A stretch of DNA of 64,000 nucleotides from Octopus vulgaris (GCA_951406725.2 OX597823.1:53506001-53570000); one strand, 5' to 3'. Shown: positions 27,642 to 39,090, counted from the stretch's first letter. Made by a program: numbers and translations. Notes: generated by a model not told the origin, from the letters alone.

Positions 27642-28106
27642 GTTTCGCCTTTTTACGTTCTGAGTTCAAAAATTGTGCACCGCTCAAAACAGTCCTTGAG
27701 CTTGCACCCCTCTCGGGACCCCTATACAGACTTATACTGTAGACCCAGAAGCGCCGCCCCCATACAAACGTCACCCAGAGCAGACCTCCCCCTCCTCTCT
27801 CCTAAAACCCACAAGCAACGCTTCCGCCTCTTTGTATTCCTAAGTTCAAATTACGCCACTTTTCACCGATTTCTTCGTGGCAGGAAACGAGACCTTTGGG
27901 ACCTAGCTAATGGCGACAGGAATCCAGTGTTAGATGATGAAGCGATGCATCAATTGGAGCAATAGCTTGGTCACATCAATATCAAAAACGAGCAGACAAT
28001 ACAATAAACAGGAAAGACGCTAAGACAGAGAGAGAAAATGTCATGTTCGTTGAGTTATTTATTCAATATTTTTGTTATTTATATATTATTAACACGCAAT
28101 GTAAAG

Positions 28107-28569
28107 TGGCGGTCCCCGACCCTTTTTTTGCACTACAGACCGGTTTCATACAAGATAATTTTCCCACGGACCAGGGATCCACGCGCATAGCAAAAATCAA
28201 CGAAGTGTATAATATATGATTTAATTATTGATTTCAAATTTTGGCTCAGGGCCAGCAATGTTGGGGATGGTGTTAGATCGATTGCATTGGCCCCCAGTGC
28301 TTAACTGGTACTTGGTTTATCGATCCCAAAAGGATTAACGGCCAAGGATTCTGCCAGCTCGCTAGCTTAATATATGATTATATTATTACATGTATAATAA
28401 TTATATAATCCAAAAATACCATGTTGACAGCAACAGTCAATAAAATAGAAATAAGATTTCCATCTTATTGAAATTCTATTTCAATAAAATTCGTTCTTTC
28501 TATGTGGCCCTTATACCTAATGATCCGCAGCCTGTTACTGGTCCGCGGTCTGGTGTTGGAGACCCCCTA
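28107..28569. mobile_element. hAT (Charlie/MER1-like) MITE
   Basis: Ends tggcggtccccgacc / ggtgttggagacccccta; exact 8-bp TSD atgtaaag (28099-28106, 28570-28577). Confidence 0.85.
28222..28367 (-). mobile_element. Internally deleted family B SINE nested in the hAT MITE
   Basis: 12-bp TSD taatatatgatt (28210-28221, 28368-28379); head gattctgccagctcgc. Confidence 0.85.
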
Positions 28570-28676
28570 ATGTAAAGAATAGTTTGTCTCCACTTTGATT
28601 CGACGCAAGTCGAAACTAAATGATTTCGGCAGGCTCGTCCTCATTGTATATTTTGGGCAAGCCCCTTCTTCTATAG

Positions 28677-28914
28677 CAGTAGTGACCCTTGTGGTTCCTA
28701 TTTTACTCGCCTGGACCTCCATAACAGTTTAATGTATATAAAAAAATCCTACTGTATTTTTATATTTAAATATAATTAGGAATTGTATTTTAAAAAATGT
28801 TTAAACATTTTGTGAATTGTAGAAGTATGACCAATTCATTGCCTATAAATTTTAACAGTAAAATCTTATATGGACCTTCTCAAGCGCCATATGGACCCCA
28901 GTTGAGAATCACTG
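28677..28914. mobile_element. Second hAT MITE
   Basis: Starts cagt, ends gttgagaatcactg; 8-bp TSD ttctatag / ttctataa. Confidence 0.65.
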
Positions 28915-28944
28915 TTCTATAATGTCAAACTCGCTAATTCCTTA

Positions 28945-29009
28945 TTGGTGAAATTGGTAGACAGAAACTATGTGAAAACCCATTGCACTTGCATACGCGC
29001 GTATGTATA

Positions 29010-29047
<38 letters not shown>

Positions 29048-29122
29048 ATAATTTGGCGGTTCGACAGAAAAATAGACCAAAAAAGGGCCGCAATCAAATA
29101 CTGACTGAAACATGTAAAAGAG
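28945..29122 (+). mobile_element. Degenerate family A SINE
   Basis: ttggtagacagaaact...ggcggttcgac...gactgaaacatgtaaaaga. Confidence 0.7.
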
Positions 29123-29499
29123 CATATGTTCGCTGTGACTCCCTTTTCTCGGAAATATTTCCATTTTTCCACACAATCAAATCGACAAAACGCGAATCTT
29201 AGTCATTGTTATTCATCATCGTCGTCATTACCATCACCACCACCATCAGCAACAGTAGCAGCATCACCACAACCATCACCACCAACACTATCACTACCAC
29301 CACAACTACCACCATCAACATCATCATCATCATCCCCAGCATCTCATCTGTTTTTTTTTTATTTGAGGAATTTAGGAGTGGGGCGTTTGTTGCTGTTGTT
29401 GTGATCGTCGTCGTTGTTGTTTAACCCCCAGAGCAGCTCTCATTGAGCAGATTTGTAATTATAGGCATTACAACCCTGACCATCTCATCTATTCATTTT

Positions 29500-29807
29500 A
29501 GGCATGGCTGTATGGTTAAGAAGCTCACCTTGCAGCCATGTGGTTTCGTGTGCAGTGCCACGCAGTGGAACCTCAGGTAGACAGAAACTAGATGGAAGCC
29601 CATCATGTGTATGTCTGTATGTATGTGTATGTATGCGGAGGCCGACCCAAGCGGCACGTGCGCCCACCCCCACCCCACCCCAAGGAAAGAAGTGTGTCCT
29701 TCTAAATAATGTAATGCCCTTTTCTCCTGGAATTGTATTCCCTTCTGACGGTGTGTCCTCTCTTCGAAAAATTCCTGGGACCGCGCCTGGTATGTGTGTG
29801 TGTGTGT

Positions 29808-29853
<46 letters not shown>

Positions 29854-30125
29854 ACATACACACATACATATCTATACATACACACACATGAATATATGAT
29901 GTAGATATATATTTATGTATACGTGCCCTTGTCTGTGTTAATGTTTGCGCCAGTCTAAACAGCAGTCGTTTATGTTGTATTCTTTCAACCCCTATAACTT
30001 AGTGTTTCAAATTAGAGATCGATAAAGTAAACAGCAGACTGAAATAAATGCTGGAGCCAATATGATCTTCAAAAACAAAAAAAAAAAGCTTTAAAAGCAC
30101 AGCTCTGTAACTAGAAAAATAAAAA
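29500..30125 (+). mobile_element. Family A SINE interrupted by microsatellite and a GC-rich insert (29635-29789)
   Basis: Head ggcatggctgtatggttaagaagctc; decayed tail near 29960-30125. Confidence 0.6.
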
Positions 30126-30429
30126 ATAAAGAAACAGCTAAGGAAAATATCTTGATACAGTATCATCCTTAATACTTAACTTACCGTTTACCAATATAGC
30201 TATTTCATTTTAATACTTTGATTTATCTCTGCCTCATCTACTCCTTGTCTGATATAAAGCAGAAGTATTTATTTCACTCACACTCTAGTTACTCAATTTC
30301 CATGATTTTTTTGCAATTAGTACCTACTTTACAGCAACACACCTATATTCGTCCCTTCTATACCTCTAATCTCTCATCAACTGGTACAAGACTACACTCC
30401 TTCAATACTACTGCCCCACCTCCCAGTTG

Positions 30430-30730
30430 AGGGGTTTTGGCTTTGCCGTGCAAGGTACTTGGCGACCCTGATGGTGCTGGTGTTACGTAAAAGGCATTGA
30501 TAATGGTGCCACTTTAAAAGTACTGAAAATGATGCCACGTAAAAAAGCACTGTTGCTGGTGCCATGTAAAAAGGACCCAGTACACTCTGTAAAGTGGTTG
30601 GTGTTAGGAAGAGCACCCAGCTGTAAGAAACCTTGCCAAAACAGACAATAGAACCTGGCGTGGTTCCTGGCCTTGCCAGGCCCTGTCAAACCGTCCAACC
30701 TATGCCAGCAAGGAAAAAGGACGTTAAAGA
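30430..30730 (+). mobile_element. Short retroposon family D (RTE-related, (GAT)n tail)
   Basis: tacactctgtaaagtggttggtgttaggaagagcacccagctgta...ccgtccaacctatgccagcaaggaaaaaggacgttaaa, then triplet tail. Confidence 0.75.
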
Positions 30731-31429
30731 AGGAGGAGGAGGAAGATGATGATGATGATGATGATTATGATGACGACGATGACGATGACGATGACGACGT
30801 TGATGATGATTAATATTTGTTAATGATATGAATAACTCTGTTGAAGAGGGACGATATTTTGTAACGTTCTTAACTTTCCCGCAAAAAAAAAAACGGTTCT
30901 AGCTCAAAAAGTGAGTATGATTCACATACTCCATTCACTGGCTGCTTACCCACTTTGACACTATTGTACGCAATCCAATTTAATATGTTCCAAAATAATC
31001 TTGACCCAGATTACAATAGAGTGCATAGAGAAGAATACAACGGTGGAAATTGCATGCTATTATACTTATCTTTCTATAGCAAAAGGGAAAAACAGAACTT
31101 TCTACTTCACAAAACAATGCTGGATGTTATAACAATATATCCTGTAACATTTTCACTAAAGCCCCTCGCCCCGCTTTTTTTTTTTATCTTAGCATTTACA
31201 CTTTATGATTATTTTCAATAACCCTTCAAAATAATCTACATTTTGTTTTCTTGTTTTGTCTTTACGTTTTTGATGTTTTCAGTATTTCTTTTTTTTTTTT
31301 ACTTTAACATGAAAATATCAAACTGGTGACAGCATGGTCATGAATTCAAAACTTTGCTTCAGTCATTGTCCTCTAAGCCTAAATTATAGTAGGAGTGGAC
31401 TCTTCTATCATAAATGATGACAGGCGAGG

Positions 31430-31700
31430 GTTCAGCAACTTCTTGCTAAACACCCTGCACAAATGATTTGTTTGTAGTGAGCAAATGTTTGTGCTGTACG
31501 TAAGTTCACTCCCTCCATCAAATCGACGTTGCCTAAACAGGTGCACGATGTGCCGCATACCAGATGGTGACAGGGAAGCAGAGCAATGTGAAATTAAGTG
31601 TTTCACTCCAGAACACGATACACTGTTCAGTCAAGAAATAGGACCCACAACCTTTCGATGATGAGAGAAACACCCTGACCACTAAGCCACATACCTTCAC
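31430..31700 (-). mobile_element. Family C SINE
   Basis: gagcaatgtgaaattaagtgtttc...acaccctgaccactaagccac; reverse complement of the 46453 and 52283 copies. Confidence 0.75.
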
Positions 31701-31764
31701 TAGGCCTAGATTACAGGCAGAAAACTAACACTCCTGAGAATAGGTTCCGTGCAAACCTTATATA

Positions 31765-31980
31765 TTGGTTTCAAATTTTGGCACAAACCCAGCAATTTTG
31801 CAGGAGGGGACCAGTCTATTACATCGACCCCAGAGCTCAACTGGTACTTATTTTCTCGGCCCCTAAAAAATAAAAAGTAAAGTCGGCCTTGGCAGAAATT
31901 TAACTCAGAATGTATAAGATGGATGAAATGCTAGTAAGGATTTTGCAGAGACCTAATGGTTTTGCCAGCTTGCTGCCTTA
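31765..31980 (-). mobile_element. Family B SINE, CpG-decayed
   Basis: ggtttcaaattttggcacaa...tgccagcttgctgcctta; degenerate TSD tgca..cctt..atattg. Confidence 0.85.
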
Positions 31981-32134
31981 TGCAGGCCTTGAATATTGTT
32001 GGACAATTTGCAGTAAGATAAGCAGATAAGGGGAAAAAAAGAAAGATTGCTCTTATCTCTCTCGCTCATTAAACAGTAAAAAAACGTGCCCTTAGAAAGC
32101 CCTTGTCAAGAAGAGCTACCAGCAGCAGTGGCAT

Positions 32135-32285
32135 TTAGCATCTGTTTTCCATGCTGAGCTCTTGTGTCAGATTTGTCATGGTCTCTACAGCTGGATGCCC
32201 TTCCTAATGTCAACCACCTTACAATGTGTACTGAATACTTTTTCTCATGTCACCAGCACTAGTGAGGTTGCCAGGTACACTACAA
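32135..32285 (-). mobile_element. Family D fragment
   Basis: tttagcatctgttttccatgctg...ctacagctggatgcccttcctaatgtcaaccac. Confidence 0.75.
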
Positions 32286-33178
32286 GACAGACAAGAACAA
32301 GAGTGAGTAATCCCCTCATGACTAAGTGGAAAAGTCACTTACCAGGAATATAGTAGCCACATAAATTAATATATAACTTTTTGAGCTACATAATTTTTAT
32401 TCTAATGAGAAGCACTGCTTCTGATGAGGCCACTTTTGGTTTTGCTGTTGTTGTTGTTGTTGTTGTTGAAAAAAAAACATCTATTAGTGAAAAACATAAC
32501 TGCTTATTTTAAAAATAAAGTTCTCCAGATATTCTAAATCAACTTCCCTTGACTCTATTCTCAATAACCAGAGTTATAATGTACACCCATCCCTTGCATA
32601 AACAATGTGTTTTTTCCTAATCTAGTGCAGGCACTGAAAAATGCACTACTTGAAATTATTAAACAATATGCACTTCAAAACAGTCTATAATTTCCTACAT
32701 TTATTCATCATTTACGTATCTGTGTACGGGGTTTTTTGTGAATACTTACGTGTGTGAATGAAATGTGGATGTAGCGTGGACATAATGTCTGCAATTTGAG
32801 TACTTATTTGCTGCTTGTACATGGTTCCTTGTTTGTCCAAACATTAGCACATAGATACATTGACATAGCATATGGTCAAGAATGAATTATTATTATATTA
32901 ATATATAGGATGTCTATCCTGCATATTCATGTTGGGTATTGGAAGGGAATACTTTTTTTTTAATAAAAGAATTTTATGAACCTAATAAAGGAAAGTTATG
33001 AAGGATGAAAAAGAACACAAAAAAAATCTAAGGCTATTTATGCACATATATACAGACACATACATATACATATACACATATATGTGTGTGTGTGTGTATA
33101 TGTATATATATATATGTGTGTGTGTGTATACACATGTGTATACACACATATATATATACTCACACATATGTGTGTTTT

Positions 33179-33214
<36 letters not shown>

Positions 33215-33345
33215 CACACACACATATATATGTTCATATATGAGTTTATATATATGAATACATACATATATACATATATCCATGTGTATGAGTATATATA
33301 TATGTGTGTGTACATATATATATATGTATAATGTATGTATATATT

Positions 33346-33390
<45 letters not shown>

Positions 33391-33848
33391 ATATATGTAT
33401 ATGTATATATGTATATGTATATATATATATATGTGTGTATTTATGTATATTTGTATGTATGTATTCATATATCTGATTTTAGAGCATGCTCTGCATTTTT
33501 ATGTATAGGAACTAGAAGGAAAAAAAACTTCCAAGAAGAAAAAAAAAAAATTCTTGCGAAGCTAACGATGAGAAAAATATGAGAGGAAAAAGATAAATGT
33601 AAGATTGTCCATTTTTGATATCTATCATTTTCTTTTGAGTACATATTCTTCCTTTTTATCTATAGGTACTGGAGAAGGAACCATTTTTCTTTCATTTCTT
33701 ATAAAACTAATGAAGGGAAAAGAAAAAAAAAAATGAAGGCGGAAAAAAGAAAAAAAGGAAAAAAAAGCTTATTCTGTGTATTTGTTAATCTCTGGCCATT
33801 AAACATCCATTTTTTTATTGCTTTGCTTTTTTTTTTTTTTATTCCAAG

Positions 33849-33921
33849 CTCACTCTGATCTGCGTTCAGATGTAAAGCAGGAACATTATTACCAGTGTTC
33901 AGAACTCCTTGATAATGTCCG
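33849..33921 (+). other. Candidate exon
   Basis: Long poly-T tract + ttccaag| acceptor; open frame HSDLRSDVKQEHYYQCSELLDNV; donor uncertain (gtaaag at 33872 or gtacat at 33922). Confidence 0.3.
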
Positions 33922-34026
33922 GTACATCATAACAGTTCATTCTAGCACCAATGATATAATTTTCTTTGCTTTATATTGTTATTGATTTACTACTACTACT
34001 ACTACTACTACTACAACCACTAATAT

Positions 34027-34062
<36 letters not shown>

Positions 34063-34633
34063 AACTACTACTACTACTACTACTACCACTATTACAACTA
34101 CTACTACCACTATTACAACTACTACTATTACTGCTGCTGCTGCTTGCTGCTGTTGTTGTTATTGTTTTTGTTGTTGCTGCTGCTACTGCTGCAGTTGTAA
34201 TCTATTACAGTAAGTGCTGCTGCTGGTGCTGTTGTTGCTGTAATCCTGCAATCTTCTAAAGGTTTGCTGCATCACTGCCCACTGCCAACAATGGTTTCTG
34301 AGGGAGTAAGAACAGCCAGGCCATGATGACTCTGTGATTTGGAAGCAGTCATTTAAGGGAAAATAGACAGCCCTCTTTCACCTGTATTGTCATTTAGTAT
34401 TCCTCGGTTGTCTTGGAATATTGCTTTCTTCCTTCAACCTTCCCCACTTATTATTGCCACCACCACCACCATCACCACCACCACCACCACCACCACCACC
34501 ATTACAACTATCATATCTTTGTCCAGCACCTCTAACACTCTTCTCTTTTAGACTCGTTCTTTCCCTCCATGAATCACCACCACCACCACTAATAACACCA
34601 ACAAACTTCTCTATCCCAATACTTAATCTTATT

Positions 34634-34678
<45 letters not shown>

Positions 34679-34969
34679 CTATCTATCTTTATCTCTCTCC
34701 CCTGTCTCTTTTCAGTAGGCTCTACTAGAAATTGTTCCCTTCACTCTACTGGAACCAACAATGCTTAAAATTCACAGAATTCCTGAAAATTACTCATTAC
34801 ATAGCCCCAGGGCAGCACAGTTATTATTATGTTTTTATATAATAATTGTAGTTACATAATTAATTGGCAATAACTAGTTCAGAATTAATATTTAATTTTC
34901 TTGAGCAGATTGTTGGCCAGGAATAGCAGAACATGAACTGACAAGTAAAAGCACATTTGTATATACACA

Positions 34970-35004
<35 letters not shown>

Positions 35005-35013
35005 ATGTATATG

Positions 35014-35145
<132 letters not shown>

Positions 35146-35447
35146 GAGGCGCAATGGCGTAGTGGTTAGGGCAGCAGACTTGCGGTCATAGGATCACGGT
35201 TTCGATTCCCAGACCGGGCATTGTGAGTGTTTATTGAGTGAAAACACCTAAAGCTCCACGAGGCTCCGGCAGGGGGTGGTGGCGAACCTTGCTGTACTCT
35301 TTCACCACAATTTCCTCTCACTCTTTCTTCTTTTGGCCTGCTTGCTTAGCCTGCAGGGTGGCGTCATTTGAAGGCTAAAACAATGCAAAGCGCATTGTGA
35401 CCAGCGATGTGTAGCAACATCTGATAGCCTGGTCGGTCATAGTGATA
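35146..35447 (+). mobile_element. Full-length tRNA-derived SINE family C
   Basis: ggaggcgcaatggcgtagtggttag (A box)...ggtttcgattccc (B box)...gatagcctggtcggtcatagtgat; inserted in (TA)n. Confidence 0.9.
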
Positions 35448-35954
35448 TATACATACACACACACAAACACATACATAATATATGTGTGCCTGTGTGTGCT
35501 TATATATACTAGCACGGAAACTAAATGCTTTAGTTTTAATTGCTTTTCAAATCACACTGCTATTATTTTTGTCTCTCATCCATTTTAGAGTTGGTAAAAC
35601 ACTAGAAGCAATCATACAAGAAATTGATTTAATCCATGAAACCTTTTCACCAACAAATTTTTGATTTTATACCAATTCACACACGTTTTAAGTGCCCAAG
35701 TGTGACAAGATGATAGCCTAAGTTTTATTAAATGGTCTTGGAAGTTACACAGATGTTTACATTGCAATATTTTCTTACCCTTTCTCTTCAAATACATAAG
35801 GATTTACCTTTAAGAATTTTTTTTTAAACTAGCAACACCATCATTATCATCATTATCATTATGCTCTAGTGTGTTAGTGTCATCAAGAGCTTTTGATATC
35901 TTGCCTCTGCAAGGTGATTCTTTGCAACATATGTAATGCATTTTTCAACTGAGG

Positions 35955-36075
35955 AGGTGCAGGTATGACTGGTTTTGAGTTCAGTCCCACTGTGTGCACC
36001 TTGCGCAAGTATCTTCTGCTATAGCCCCAGTTCAACCAAAGCTTTGTGAGTAGATTTGGTTGACAGAAACTGAAA
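35955..36075 (+). mobile_element. Family A SINE 5' part
   Basis: gagttcagtcccactgtgtgcaccttgcgcaagtatcttct...gacagaaactgaaa. Confidence 0.8.
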
Positions 36076-36104
36076 AGTGTATGTATATATAAATATATAT
36101 AAAT

Positions 36105-36315
36105 TTAAATGTGACCTCGTGTGTACCATTGGCGATTTTTTTCCTCTGTCTTCCCTTCTCTGGATCTTTCCTTCTCCTATGTTTCCGACGAAGAGCTCCG
36201 ATCGAAACATTAAACCCTCCTTCTTTCCTTCTTTCCTGAGCGTCCAATAATACTATATTTGTTCCACGTCCTCGCGTTGTTGTGTTTTTTTGTGCTTTCT
36301 TGTTTGGATTAACTT
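36105..36315 (+). mobile_element. Family E Penelope-pLTR-like repeat with HHR motif at 36181-36215
   Basis: gttt CCGACGA agagc tcc gatc GAAA ca TT aaac; stem I gttt/aaac; homologues at 16625, 17950 and 46020 (-). Confidence 0.65.
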
Positions 36316-36352
<37 letters not shown>

Positions 36353-36376
36353 CAGTGTATGATTGTGTATAGAAGA

Positions 36377-36720
36377 ATATATTACTCAAAGAAATTTCAA
36401 CCTTGTCTGGTTTTCACATTTTATTTACAATTTTATAATAATATAATATAATGAAATGATAGAATATTAAATGTCCATTCTAACTAAACTAGTACTTTCA
36501 TGCAATAAATTATGCAATCTTCAGGTTCATATAGTAGTAGTGACAGTTATATTTTGTAAATTGTAAAACATAACTGTCACTACTACTATATGAACCTGAA
36601 GATTGCATAGTTTAATGCATGAATTTAATATTCTATCACTTCATCATATTATATTATCTTATATTATTATAAGATTGTAAATAAAATGTGAAAATCAGAC
36701 AAGGTTGGAACTTCTTTGAG

Positions 36721-36728
<8 letters not shown>
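36377..36728. mobile_element. ~350-bp near-perfect palindrome (inverted Penelope-like pLTR pair)
   Basis: Perfect 40-bp stem 36511-36550 / 36570-36609; outer arms attactcaaagaa...aatattaaa pair with tttaatattc...ctttgagtaat. Confidence 0.85.
36485..36529 (-). ncRNA. Minimal type-I hammerhead ribozyme, core intact
   Basis: Minus: tgaac CTGAAGA t-tgca-taatttat-tgca-t GAAA gtac TA gttta; stem I ugaac/guuua, stem II ugca/ugca, palindromic stem III AGUACU; predicted cleavage between 36490 and 36489. Confidence 0.7.
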
Positions 36729-36767
<39 letters not shown>

Positions 36768-36824
36768 TTTTCAGAATGAGATAAAAAAACCAAGGCTATG
36801 AAGACTTTAGAACATTTATAAATA

Positions 36825-36877
36825 GGTCTTACAGCTGTTTCCAGGGTATTTATTATATCCCTTCATTGGAAACGGTG
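36825..36877 (-). ncRNA. Minimal HHR of a third family, 5' core mutated
   Basis: Minus: gttt CCAATGA aggg..ccct g GAAA cagctg TA agac; adjacent inverted arm (36894-36921, +) keeps gtct CTGATGA. Confidence 0.55.
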
Positions 36878-37202
36878 TGAGAAAATGGTTAAGCACCGTC
36901 TCTGATGAAAGGATATAATAACGATGATGACAACGACAACATGCATGTATTTGTGTGTTGTGTATGTTGTGTTTGTGTGTGTGTGTGTAGGTGTGAGCAT
37001 AACTGAAAGAGCAGTGTTAGCTACCTAATTGATATAAAATATCATATGTGCATGCAGTTGTGTTTTTGCATGTGTGTGTGAATGTGCACATGCACTTGCA
37101 TGTATACGCATGCATGTGTGTGTGTGCATGTGTATGCATATATGCGATTTTATGCGTGAGTGTTATGCGTGCATATTTTCTGTGTAATATTTTGTCTCCA
37201 AG

Positions 37203-37247
37203 TGAGCAACAATGATTTGGCAGATTTAAAGTCAAAATATACAGAAG
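37203..37247 (+). other. Candidate 45-nt symmetric (phase 1-1) exon
   Basis: ttttgtctccaag| ... gaag|gtcagc; SNNDLADLKSKYTE. Confidence 0.4.
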
Positions 37248-37382
37248 GTCAGCGCCAAAGAGTGGAAGGCATTTGGTCTGGCATTCTACTATTTCTTTTA
37301 CCTTCCACCATGTCTTTCAATTATGACAATATTGGCATCTTACACTTTGGACATTTTCATATGCATACCCAAAGACATATAT

Positions 37383-37413
<31 letters not shown>

Positions 37414-37416
37414 GGC

Positions 37417-37450
<34 letters not shown>

Positions 37451-38044
37451 GTGTGTGTGTGTATATATATATGTATATATATGTATTATGTATGTATGTA
37501 TGTATGTATGTATGTATGTAGGTGTGTATGTATGTGTGTGTGTATCATATATATACACACACATGTATATATATGTACATATATGGATGTATATATGTAT
37601 ATGCATGTATACGTTTTTCTTTCCTATTTTCAGCTAGCACATTTAAAACTAAAAATAAAATAGATTTCAGACAAATTTCCTGTTTGTAGAATATTGAGAA
37701 TATACGACAAAAATCTTAGATGAAATGTTAGCACAGTGGTTTCATATTATCATATTGTATGCGTGTATGTGTGGTGTGTGGTGGGGAAATGGCAGTCCAT
37801 GTTTGTATTGGAATGACAACTATGATACTTATAAGTTATGAATGAAACCACACATCATCCGTGTGTGTAAATGTACATGCACATGTGTATATATTTATAT
37901 GAATATATGTAATATATGTAATATATATGTGTGTGGGTATAAATATATATGTATGCATATATACGTGTGTATATATACATAACATTAATAATATGTTTGT
38001 GTATAATATATGCATGCGTGTCTATGAGTATATACTAGACAAAA

Positions 38045-38200
38045 GGTATCAGTGTGTCATAAGGAGCTTGCTTCTCAACGACATGGTTTTGAGTTCAGTC
38101 CCACTGTGTGGCACGTTGGATAGGCATCTTCTATTGTAGCTCCAGCCTAACCAAAGCCCTGTGCATAAGTTTCCTAGATGGAAACTGAAAGAAGTCCTAT
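38045..38200 (+). mobile_element. Family A SINE 5' part
   Basis: gagcttgcttctcaac...gagttcagtcccactgtgtggcac...gatggaaactgaaagaag. Confidence 0.8.
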
Positions 38201-38226
38201 ATATATATATATATATATCATCATCA

Positions 38227-38478
38227 TTGTCGTTGTCGTCATCGTTTAATGTCCGCATTCCATGCTGGCAGGGGTTGGGCGATTTGACTGAGGGCTGGCA
38301 AGCCAGAAGGCTGCACTGGCTCCAATGCAATATGACAGAATTTCTACAGTTAGGAAAGGCATCCAGCTGTAGAAACTTTGCCAGATCGGATTGGAGCCGG
38401 TGCAGCCATCTGGATGCCAGCCCTCAATGTAACCTTCCAACCCATACCTGCATGGAAAGCAGACATTAAATGACAACG

Positions 38479-38485
<7 letters not shown>
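38227..38485. mobile_element. Inverted pair of family D 3' ends
   Basis: tttaatgtccgcattccatgc...tttctacagtt versus agctgtagaaa...gcatggaaagcagacattaaa; ~14-nt spacer. Confidence 0.85.
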
Positions 38486-38537
<52 letters not shown>

Positions 38538-38759
38538 TACACACACACACACATATAAAATGGTGAAGACAGGTATATGCAATATAAAACTAAAAAGGAA
38601 AAAATTCAATTTTCACAAATTTGACTAAGAGAGCAAGGTAGCAACTACATTGCTAGAAATAAGAGTTTAAAAACCCTTAGAGCTGCAAAGAAGCACATTT
38701 TCATATACTAACAGGTGAGATAACTACCCCACAGTGAGCAAGTTCATTACACTTGTCTA

Positions 38760-39090
38760 GTTTCATTTGCCTCATGGGGGCAAAGTGGCTAAGCTTCTTT
38801 CGAGTGTTGGGGCTCACGGAGGCAATGACCTTTGGCATTATGTTGTGCTTGAAAAGAGGACCCATAGAGCTGAGCAAAATCAGAGTCATTGCAGATACTA
38901 GTGTCATGCAAATGGCACCATGCCGGTGGCACGTAAAACCACCCATTACACTCTTGGAGTGGTTGGTGTTAGGAAGGGCATTCAACAATAGAAAACCATG
39001 CCAAATCAGACTAGATCCTGGCACCGCCTTCCAGCATGCCAACCCAGTCAAATCATTTGACCCATGACAGCATGGACAACAGACACTAAA
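38760..39090 (+). mobile_element. Family D copy
   Basis: acactcttggagtggttggtgttaggaagggcattcaac...cagcatggacaacagacactaaa + (GAT)n. Confidence 0.8.

Noticed and set aside
35510-35660. Mariner transposase N-terminus (HFRVGKTLEA)
   Set aside because: No TIRs or further motifs found
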